Source: Lingula anatina (Eukaryota > Animalia > Brachiopoda). From it: DNA of 64,000 nt. Position numbers and translations under genes: made by a program. Location of the stretch: positions 5,952,001-6,016,000 of the forward strand of contig JBPQGU010000016.1 of NCBI GenBank assembly GCA_051362555.1, given 5' to 3'. The notes under the pieces are model-generated. The model saw nothing but the letters and a program-made list of their open reading frames with translations, did not search any database and was not told the origin of the DNA. Shown in pieces: positions 38,101-50,100 of the stretch (positions within the stretch are counted from its first letter, which is position 1; each line of letters starts with the position of its first letter).

Positions 38101-41100
38101 TATGTTGCATTGGGTTTCAGGTTGTTATAGTTGTCTATTTAAGGTGTTTCTTTGACTGATTTTTCAGATTCACCTTTGGGACCAAAAGAAAATTTGATAT
38201 GGATTGTTCCAGTTTGCATTGGCATCGTGTTGGTTGTAGATGTAGTTGCGGTTGTGGTTGTCTGTTGCAGGAGGAGGAAGAGGGGAAGCTCTACAGAAAA
38301 GGTAAAGATATTTGTAAATTGTATTTATATAAATTTTTAAAAAAATCATAAATTTATTGTTCTAGAGCTTAATTAAGGTTCTAGACCTTTACTGATTACT
38401 TATTTGAGTGTTTTTCTTCAGCATAAACATTCAAAAGGAGTTCCAAAACAACTACTTAGAATAATTGGCAATTGAAAGGATGTACTTTTTATGTACAGAC
38501 ACAGATATGTCTGTAGATATAGCTGTCACCTGCATCTGCCTTTGCCAGTGACCATGCACTTTCTCCTATAACACTATATGGTAATTTGCCAAACAGTTTG
38601 ACCAAGATAAATTAATTTAAAGAAACGTCATTTTGATCAAATTCAGTAAAATATAACAATAAAAACCTTTGAAATTGTCGGATTGTTTGAGACATCTGCA
38701 AAAACATCCACATTACCAGAAATTTTGCCTTTAAGGTGAGGCTCTACACCTAAAAATTGGGATTTTTGGACCTAGCTGAGACACCTCAAAATGTTTACCA
38801 AATGTCTGGGTATGATGAAAAAAATTAAAATTAACTATTTTAAAAGCTCATTATAATATGCAAATTAGGTTAATTATGCAAATTAGGCTAATTATGCGTA
38901 TTTTTTGGGAAAAATTAAAATCATTATATCTCAAAAACCATAACACCTTTTTTAATTCTGTTTTTTTATTTTTGCAGAAAACAACTTAAAATAAATTTTG
39001 TCAGAAGGAATTCTCAAATTATACATTAATTGTAAAATTTATTGAATTTTTTTAATTTTTTAAAGTTTTTTGTAGCGGTCACTGCTACAAAATTACCTAT
39101 AGAATTGACCTTTTACTTTCAAATAAAAATTCCTTCTGACAAAATGAAGAAAGAAGCACAACACACATATTTTTCAAGTTTTATTCAGATATAACAAGAT
39201 ATAAGCTCATAAATTTTACGATTCAGACCAAAAACGCAATTTCGAGATTTTTTACATTTTAAAGTTTTATTTACATAATAAATGCACAGTTACAATATTT
39301 TAAAGTCTTCATCCATGTTTTTTTATATTTTTGATACCACTGAATAAAGAGGAAATCATTTGCAAAGCCCAAGGCATATATTTGTGATGTTTATGAAAAA
39401 AAAAAAGTCTAAAAACTGTATTTGGATCAGGATTTGTCATGGTTCCACACCTGAGGATGTTTATTTATAGTAATTATATTTTATTTTATCAATTTATTTT
39501 CAAACTTTTACATTTTGTTCATAGAACTTTATTATTCATTTAAAATGTCCCTGCTGCATATGTTGGTCCTTCTTGGGCCTCCTGCTCAGCTAAACTTCTT
39601 TTCTTCTACTTGCTTTTGGCTTTCTTCTCCTGGCAAGCCCGGTGGTCCGCTTGCAGGTCACTTTTTTTCATCCGCAGCTCATCTGCCCTAGCCAGAGAGG
39701 CCATGCAGATTTCTGTTGGTTCTATAGCCATGTTTAACATGACTTGAGCTAGGTGCATGTTACCTCTGTTTAAGGTAGATCGGTCGTTACATGTTCCAAC
39801 GTTCGAATTTTTAAAAAATTTTTTTTGTTTGAAGAGACACCCAAGTACATTAAAAATTTGCAAAGAAAATTGAGGGTCACCGACCAAATAAGAGAACTAG
39901 CCCCAAATATGATACACCCTGCATATCGCACTAGTCCCCATTCAAATCAATGGGAAAATGGATGTTTTCTCACTAAAGCATTATTTTTTATGACTTTCTG
40001 ACGTTCGAATTTTAAAAAAAAAATTTTTTATGTAAAGAGACCTCCAAGTTCATTTAAATTTTACCAAAAAAATTGGGGGTCACCGACCAAATAAGAGAAC
40101 TACGCCAAGTTGAAGTGCGCTACACCCTGCGTGACGCACTAGTCCCCATTCAAATCAATGGGGAAATGGGTGTTTTTCACCAAAACGTTATTTTTTATGA
40201 TTTTTCTAACATTTGAATTAAAAAAAAAAACTTTTTGTGTAAAGAGGCATCCAAGTAGATTTTAATTTTGCCAAAAAAGTTGGGGGTTACCGACCAAATA
40301 AGAGAACTACGCCAAGTTGAAGTGCGTTACACCCTGCGTGACGCACTAGTCGGAAGTCCCCATTCAAATCAATGGGAAAATGGGTGTTTTTCAATAAGTC
40401 GTTATTTTTTATGATTTTTTTTTTTTTTTTTTTTTGTGTGTGTGAAGAGACATCTAAGTACATTTAAAACTTTCATTATGTTTAACAGTTAAAGTGAGTA
40501 TACTCAGCTATTTTCAGATTTGTCAAACTGATGAGAAGGTGTAGATCTAAGCCATTAACTTTACAACAAAATTATTGAAGAGAATAATAAGGGAAATACT
40601 CATGCATATGAAAATAGTTTATTGCCGTTGTTATTTATTAATGAATATAACATGAACGTGACATCGTAAACACTGTGTTGTCAAGTAAAATGAAGCGTCT
40701 GATACAAAGTATCAAATGCGGCATTCACGTGCTTGCTTGCGGTGCGTTCAGTTCACTTTGTTTACACTGACAAGTCAAGGTCAGAAGTGCACAATTTTTC
40801 TGTATAATATAACGCAGTTTCAATTTTGATTAGTGAATTTTCTTCAAGCTGTAGACCCTATGGCCATTTTCTGAACATTTGTATAAGCTACGAAATATTT
40901 CTCAGTCCAATTTTCTCTAAGTCCAAATGAGTGGCGTTACGACGCACTTCCGGTTTTCGTCGATATCTAAACTGCAGCAGCACATTCAGGGCGTTCTACC
41001 TCAAAATGTGCGCAGCCGCTTTGATTGGAATTTACAACACTTATTCTTTACATGACATAACACCTACGTGCATAATTTGTGAGCTTTAGCTGTCATACAT

Positions 41101-44100
41101 TTTCTAGTGCCAATTCAAATTGGAAAAGGAGCTATTCCGACGATTTCTTGAAGGGCAAGTCTATGAACGTGCTACAGTTGTCGTATGGAATCATAGTCGA
41201 CAAACGTTGTCGAAAATCCGTATCGATCATACAGAGTTACAGACAAGTTGATAATGTGTGTTTATCTTATAGATTGTTTTATTTCCTTAAATTGATAAAA
41301 CAGACTGAAGTGTCGTTAGAGACGATTGACGATGCGCTGAAATTGCGCAAATCGTCAAATTACGTAACGACCGATCTACCTTAACTTACCTACAGCTTGG
41401 GCAACTGCAGACTCCACTCTGTTTTTGCCAACAAACACGGTTTTGGGGCAATGAACCCAGATGAGATTATTTAGGGATTCATTAGCATTACTTGTTTTTC
41501 CATGGGCCATTTTTTTTAGCAAATTCTCATCAGTCATTCTTTTATAGATAGGCACAAGGGCTTGGGCTGATTTGTAAGACAAGTAGGTGGAGTTTTTCCC
41601 TTCATGTGGTGGGGGTTCCTCCCCTTTGGCTATTGCTCGGTTATAAAAACACCATGAGTCCTCACCCATGGGGCACCTGCTGTGATGTGGGCCATCATCA
41701 GTAGACATGGAGTGGAACAAAGTGGCCCATATGGCATTCTTCATGGCAGGGAAATCACTGAGATTACTTAAAATAGCACCCCTATAGTAATTTTGTAGTT
41801 TCTGGCATTTAACTATTGTGAGAGCTCCTGGTGCTCTGCCTCCTAGACGCGCTTCTTTAGACATTTCCCGCAGAGCAGTGCCCATTCTCTTAGGTGCATG
41901 ATTCACACACTCCAGTTTTGATGTGGTCACGTCTCCATAGGGGTTGGCATGGCAAACTGCTGAATAGGCCACAGAATCTCCATCTGACAGCATTTCAGTA
42001 TATCTCAAACCAAACTGCAAAGACCTGTTCCATATTCGAAGAGCTGCCTCTTTCTCCATGGCCTTAGAAGAGTCTCCAAAATTCTTCGAGCACTGGTCAT
42101 CTTCTACATGCTCTTCCATCCATTCATCAAACTGCTGTTGGGTTATTACCTTTGTTTTCAATTTATTTTCACTAATGGCACATGCATGACAGTACTTTGA
42201 GAGCACTTCATAATCGATTACATATCCTGTGAGGACATCAATGCATGTTCCCACCCCATAATTAGATGTAAACCCCCTCTTATGCCAAGTGCCATCAAAA
42301 CTTACCATTATATCCAGTGGGTTGTGAGGATCATGATCAGGATTAAGCTCAATGTAAGCAGATCTTACCATCTCCCTTGCTTCTTCCAACACTCTGCTGC
42401 CCTCAGCTATGTGTGACTGAGAAACTATTTTGTTTGTTTTTTGGTATGTTTTGAGATGCATATTAGATACCCCAAGACACTGAGAAAAATTTTCCAGGGC
42501 TGCATAACCTGCACCTAACTCATGTACAAAGAGTACCATAAGGTCATTGATCTCAAACCCAACATTATGACTTGTAGACCCTCCTATTCTGTTAGAAGAA
42601 AATACCTCCTTCTTGAATTGACAGGTGTGACATTTTATTTGCAAAGGATTACTGAACCCATAGCTCTGCCCACTTATGTTTACACTCAGGGTGTCAGTAG
42701 AGCACTGAGGACACAACAAATCAGGCAGAAGGTCATTAAGTTGAGCAATATCAATAATCGACCTGCAAATATTTGATTGAGAATTAGTATTGGCAGTATT
42801 GTTAACACAGGAGTCAAAATTACTACTACTAGTGCTACTACGACAGCGAGTTATCTTCCGTCGCGATGTTCCCTCAACTGTCCCCGTTTTACTTTCGTTT
42901 TGTGCATTACGTAACTCTCTAGCTGCAGCTAGTTGTTTATTCCGCCTCAGCGTAACTTTTTTAACCTTAGGCATTGTTAAAAAGCGTGAAATATTCACCT
43001 TTATTCACCTTTATTGTTCTCTAAGTGCCTCGCACAATAGAAATGACGCAATCGACCTCGAGGCGTTGCTAGGAACGGAACTGCCCGAAGCGGTCACGTG
43101 GCTACGCTAATCCAATCAGATTCGAAATTGACATGCATATTTTTCCGTCAGGCATCGGCAAGCCCGACTGAGCCAAAAGTTCACTGGAATTGACCACTTT
43201 TCGCGCGAATTCTATTTATAGCAGCCATATATGGGCATATGGGCTGGCACAACGAGTGATTGACGTCTCATGCCATACCAAATACAACACGATTCCTGCA
43301 TCGATACCAGAGTTTGAGGAGCGTCAATTTGCGCTAATTACGAGATAACCTGATCATATTTTTGAATTTTTTTCAACCTTGTTCATAAAAATGAGCAAAA
43401 ATAAGGCTCTTACGCTTTCAATTTGGTTGTTAGACTTGTTTATTCCGAAAATATGCACACTTAGGAAGATGAAAATGAAAGAATCTGAAAATTGATTTTT
43501 GACTCCCAGAGACCCTATTTTTAGGTGCCGTGTCTCACGTTAATTCGAAGTGCCTTGCAATATAATCTGCAATTTGCTAAATACATGTTTCAAGCACGTT
43601 TTAGCCTCCTTTTTAAATCTTATTTTGCTGTGAACAATATTTGCTAACATTACTTGAGATTAAAATAGATGACAGTTTCCATCTTTAATAAAAATGATAA
43701 TTTCCATCTATTTATTTACCCCACCTACAATCATTTTCATGACGCTCTTCACTTTACATTACACTTGTGAAGAGGGACTTTTTTTTTCCCTAAGACAGGT
43801 GTGGTAAACAATGCCCGTTCACTTATATTTGAAACGGATAGCTTAAAGGGATAATCACTCTTCGTATGAGATGTATATTTCACAATAAAAACACTGTGAA
43901 TAACTCATAGAAATATAATATATTCTGTTTTACCACAAAAATGGCAGTGATAGCTATTATTCTGATATCTGAGCTTGTCTTTAGACCAAGTGATCTCCAT
44001 TGATAGCTATACTCTGTTAAAATCTCTTAACCCCATAGGATCCGGTTAATGCTGACCCATAAAGTTCTGCTGTGCACAATTAATTTTGTGAGCTAGCCTT

Positions 44101-47100
44101 GAAAAGCAGGGTCACCTCAGTAAATTGGCCATAATTTATTTGTTTGACTTTATTACCCATACAAAGTATACATTTTTAAAAATCCAATATTTCAAGCTAA
44201 ATGAAAATAGAATTACATTTAAATTCAACATGCAGTATCAAGAGTTATGGCCAGTTAAAAACTACATTTTTATTTGGTAATGGGTGAAATAAAACAAAGT
44301 TGATTTATCTTATGCACATTAATTTTTTTGTTTCTCCCTACATTTGCCTGAAAATTCACAGAGATGATGTCAATTATAGTAACTTTCAATCCAGCAAATT
44401 TCAGCAAGTTACCTCAATTAATTTCCAAGTTATGCTCGATTTGCTATCAGGTATACTTGAGCCAGCTTTTCAGCTCAACTGAACATCCTGGCCGGAGCTG
44501 AATAGAAGTCAAATTTTAACACCATCTATGACAAAAACATCTATAAAACTTATATCATTAATAAAGGAATATCATCGCCACTGTCTGTATCACTGTCACT
44601 CGAAAACACCTGATCAGTATCGTAGTTTTCAATCATTTCAATAACAGTATCCTTTCGCAGGTCCCTACCTTAGCGAGGAGCCGCCATTTTGATTTTACTT
44701 TCTCCAACTAAGTCTTGAAAATCGCCGTTTTCTCGCTCATATATAGTTCTATTGCCTTTAAAAATGGTGGCAATGAGAGACAATAAACATACCCAGATGT
44801 TAAACTATATATCATTTCATGACTTATGATACAAAAGAGTACAGAAGGTGATCTTTCCAAGATACGCACATATGCAGTTCTGGGCTTTTGGGGTAAGCGA
44901 TGATTGAACCACACATATGCTGTGACGGGCTCTATGGGGTAAAGAGATTTTAACAAAAAACCAAACTTTTTAGAAAAAAACCAGGGACTAACTTTGAATG
45001 TAAAAATGGATTCATTTACCCATGGATAAGTTTGGGTAAATTGTTTACTCCAGGAAAATTCATTTTTTGGCCGACAGGAAGAGTTATTATCCCTTTAAGT
45101 GAACTCAAACCAGTTATATGATTTGAAAATCATGTCATATCAAACATATTGATAAAAGGCAATCTATATGCAGCCCACCTGTTCTGATAGACATATCTTG
45201 TTAGAACTGTTCCGATTTTCTTATTTTTATACACTAGCTGTGCACAAGTCCTGGTGCATATTTAAAAGTTCACTGATACAACCCAAATGTAAAATAAGCA
45301 TTTAATTGACATAATTTTCATAAAAGGGATGCATTTATAATTTGACGTTAGCAAACACAAAAATAAGAGACTGGTCTTATCTGGTCTGCTCCAGCATACC
45401 TAGCGCAGACCACATGCTAATGAAGAAGGTCCCATTGTGGGGGAGGGGGTCACAGGATTGGAGTTCTTCACGGATTACGCTAAATAATATCAACGTTTCA
45501 TGCCTCTTTTAATGTCATGTAAGTTACTGTCATGTAAGTTTTCTTTAAAGGAGATGAGGAAGACCTTTTTTATTTTTGACAAATCAGTTTTCCATGTAGG
45601 TGAAAAACTCACACATGTTCGTCAGAATTAGACTGTGCATGGCATTTGGCCCCAAGAAGTCTGGGTGATCGAAACACTGATCTTTCTGTCGAATGATTGT
45701 GGTAAATGTAGGATCTTGTGGTATTTGACTTCAAGAATGTATCCCCATCTGCATACATATTTCAGTCGAACTTGAAAATAAATTGCTTATTGTACCACCA
45801 GCGTTAGCGCTGGCGGTACACATGGTTTCGGTCTCGTCCGGATCGTTCCGCCGGCTCCGCCAGACGGCTACCGTTACCGCTTCTCCTCCTAGACGGTAAG
45901 GCCCCCCATACCCATCTCATGGATTTAGGTCACCTATAATCTCAACTCGTTCCACGTAAAATTTGGGCTTTGTCGGTATTGGGGTCTGGGTGTGGCACTC
46001 ATTGCAATGCACCCTTGTCTAAAAATGGCAAAATTAAATGCTAATTATCTATCCTACGGAAGGAGTTATGGGAAAAATTTCTATAGACGGCTTTCCAAAA
46101 GTCATATGTGTAGATTTCAAATATACCCTTGGATTTGACCTTTGACCTTTACTTCAAGGTCAAATGGGCCAAAATTTTCAAAAAAATGAAATTTTTTACG
46201 AAAAAAAATTTTTTTGCCCTGTTATTCAGACACCACACAGACTTAACCAATAATATTATTGGAAAGTGTTACCCTTCAGGTCATCTTTCATCTCCATGAA
46301 TTTGGGGTCAATCGGTGCATTTTCACGGGAGTAGCGGCCATAAGATACCGAAACTGAAAACTGTCTCTAATTCGGGAACCGTTAATGCTAGAGACCCATT
46401 CTTTTTTGCATTTTGTAGAGCATATAAAGCCCAACACTGGAGGTGGTCTCGGTTTTTTTGTATTCCATACGGTTTTCGAGTTACGCTGTATCAAAAAGTA
46501 CATATTGGTGGTAAAAGCAAAATGTGCAGTACGGTAATGGATAATAAATTTTGAACTCTGGAAAAATAAAACATTAGGCTTGGCAAAGCAGACAACTTGT
46601 GTTCAAAAATGACATTATTTCATCAAATTTGAACTTCTGAAACTTCAGAGCACCTCCTATTTCAAGAATTTTGACCAAAATGACATTTTCTTTATTTTAA
46701 TTAATTTTTTCTGTACGAAATTTAAGGCACATTATGGTAACTCCAAAATTATAACATTTAGTCCCTTATATCTCCAAAACTGGCAGAGATAGGTCTATAG
46801 TTACTATTGAAGTTGAATAGGAAGTCATATACTGGCAATCTATATGTGACCTTAAAATTGACCTTTGACCTACTTTTCACCATGAACTGAACTTTGCATG
46901 TAAAGCCCAATATGGAGGTGGTCTCGGTTTTTTTGTATTCCATACGGTTCGAGTTACGCTGTATCAAAAAGTACATAATAATAATAATAATAATAATCTT
47001 TATTGGAGAATGGCAACCCGAAGGTTGAAGTTATACAATTACATATATATATATATGAATATTTAAGTCAAGGAAGCCTGGTCATTTTTGCACTGGTGCA

Positions 47101-50100
47101 CTCCTTAGACGGTCTCACCTCCCTGGGGAGCATACAGCTCGGCTGCCATATTAGGCGCTCATAGCTAATATAACATTTCTGCACTGCCTGACCAGGCCCC
47201 TGCTTCAACCCCTTAGTGCTGAGTGCTAAGCGGGGAGACAGCAGGTACCATTTATGAAGGACTGGTATGTCCCCGGACGGGATTTGAACCCACATCCTCC
47301 CGCTCCGGAGGCGGACACTCTAACCACAAGGCCATCCGGTCGGTCATATTGGTGGTAAAAGCAAAATGTGCAGTACGGTAATGGATAATAAATTTTGAAC
47401 TCTGGAAAAATAAAACATTAGGCTTGGCAAAGCAGACAACTTGTGTTCAAAAATGACATTATTTCATCAAACTTGAACTTCTGAAACTTCAGAGCACCTC
47501 CTATTTCAAGAATTTTGACCAAAATGACATTTTCTTTATTTTGATTAATTTTTTCTGTACGAAATTTAAGGCACATTATGGTAACTCCAAAATTATAACA
47601 TTTAGTCCCTTATATCTCCAAATCTGGCAGAGATAGGTCTATAGTTACTATTGAAGTTGAATAGGAAGTCATATACTGGCAATCTATATGTGACCTTAAA
47701 ATTGACCTTTGACCTACTTTTCACCATGAACTGAACTTTGCAAATTTTTCTTCCCTTTTATCTCCAAAACTGGCAGAGATAGGTCCATAGTTACTATTGA
47801 ACTTGAATAGGAAGTCATATACTGGCAATCTATATGTGACCTTAAAATTGACCTTTGACCTACTTTTCACCATGAACTGAACTTTGCAAATTTTGCTTCC
47901 CTTTTATCTCCAAAACTGGCAGAGATAGGTCCATAGTTACTATTGAACTTGAATAGGAAGTCATATACTGGCAATCTATATGTGACCTTAAAATTGACCT
48001 TTGACCTACTTTTCACCATGAACTGAACTTTGCAAATTTTTCTTCCCTTTTATCTCCAAAACTGTCAGAGATAGGTCCATAGTTACTATTGAACTTGAAT
48101 AGGAAGTCATATACTGGCAATCTAAATGTGACCTTAAAATTGACCTTTGACCTACTTTTCACCATGAACTGAACTTTGCAAATTTTGCTTCCGTTTTATC
48201 TCCAAAACTGGCAGAGATAGGTCCATAGTTACTATTGAACTTGAATAGGAAGTCATATACTGGCAATCTAAATGTGACCTTAAAATTGACCTTTGACCTA
48301 CTTTTCACCATGAACTGAACTTTGCAAATTTTGCTTCCCTTTTATCTCCAAAACTGGCAGAGATAGGTCCATAGTTACTATTGAACTTGAATAGGAAGTC
48401 ATATACTGGCAATATAAATGTGACCTTAAAATTGACCTTTGACCTACTTTTCACCATGAACTGAACTTTGCATGTAAAGCCCAATACTGGAGGTGGTCTC
48501 GGTTTTTTTGTATTCCATACGGTTTTCGAGTTACGCTGTATCAAAAAGTACATATTGGTGGTAAAAGCAAAATGTGCAGTACGGTAATGGATAATAAATT
48601 TTGAACTCTGGAAAAATAAAACATTAGGCTTGGCAAAGCAGACAACTTGTGTTCAAAAATGACATTATTTCATCAAACTTGAACTTCTGAAACTTCAGAG
48701 CACCTCCTATTTCAAGAATTTTGACCAAAATGACATTTTCTTTATTTTGATTAATTTTTTCTGTACGAAATTTAAGGCACATTATGGTAACTCCAAAATT
48801 ATAACATTTAGTCCCTTATATCTCCAAAACTGGCAGAGATAGGTCTATAGTTACTATTGAAGTTGAATAGGAAGTCATATACTGGCAATCTATATGTGAC
48901 CTTAAAATTGACCTTTGACCTACTTTTCACCATGAACTGAACTTTGCAAATTTTTCTTCCCTTTTATCTCCAAAATTGGCAGAGATAGGTCCATAGTTAC
49001 TATTGAACTTGAATAGGAAGTCATATACTGGCAATCTATATGTGACCTTAAAATTGACCTTTGACCTACTTTTCACCATGAACTGAACTTTGCAAATTTT
49101 TCTTTCCTTTTATCTCCAAAACTGTCAGAGATAGGTCCATAGTTACTATTGAACTTGAATAGGAAGTCATATACTGGCAATCTAAATGTGACCTTAAAAT
49201 TGACCTTTGACCTACTTTTCACCATGAACTGAACTTTGCAAATTTTGCTTTCCTTTTATCTCCAAAACTGGCTGAGATAGGTCCGTAGTTACTATTGAAC
49301 TTGAATAGGAAGTCATATACTGGCAATCTAAATGTGACCATAAAATTGACCTTTGACCTACTTTTCACCATGAACTGAACTTTGCAAATTTTGCTTCCGT
49401 TTTATCTCCAAAACTGGCAGAGATAGGTCCATAGTTACTATTGAACTTGAATAGGAAGTCATATATTGGCAATCTAAATGTGACCTTAAAATTGACCTTT
49501 GACCTACTTTTCACCATGAACTGAACTTTGCAAATTTTGCTTCCCTTTTATCTCCAAAACTGGCAGAGATAGGTCCATAGTTACTATTGAACTTGAATAG
49601 GAAGTCATATACTGGCAATATAAATGTGACCTTAAAATTGACCTTTGACCTACTTTTCACCATGAACTGAACTTTGCATGTAAAGCCCAATACTGGAGGT
49701 GGTCTCGGTTTTTTTTGTATTCCATACGGTTTTCGAGTTACGCTGTATCAAAAAGTACATATTGGTGGTAAAAGCAAAATGTGCAGTACGGTAATGGATA
49801 ATAAATTTTGAACTCTGGAAAAATAAAACATTAGGCTTGGCAAAGCAGACAACTTGTGTTCAAAAATGACATTATTTCATCAAACTTGAACTTCTGAAAC
49901 TTCAGAGCACCTCCTATTTCAAGAATTTTGACCAAAATGACATTTTCTTTATTTTGATTAATTTTTTCTGTACGAAATTTAAGGCACATTATGGTAACTC
50001 CAAAATTATAACATTTAGTCCCTTATATCTCCAAAACTGGCAGAGATAGGTCTATAGTTACTATTGAAGTTGAATAGGAAGTCATATACTGGCAATATAA

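Larger units (their letters stand above)
38735..43539 (-). mobile_element. Kolobok-type DNA transposon (formerly autonomous)
   Basis: TTAA at 38731-38734 and 43540-43543; imperfect TIR GGTGAGGCTCTACACCTAAAAATTGGG versus reverse complement CGTGAGACACGGCACCTAAAAATAGGG; encloses a DDE transposase. Confidence 0.75.

Noticed and set aside
39606-39608. Programmed read-through or recoding of the in-frame TAG
   Set aside because: A single nonsense substitution in an already disrupted transposon is the simpler explanation.
41376-41395. G|GTAAGT donor that might splice the nested element out of the transposase mRNA
   Set aside because: It is simply the Gly-Lys-Leu codons; I found no suitably placed acceptor at the other end, and a downstream in-frame stop remains.
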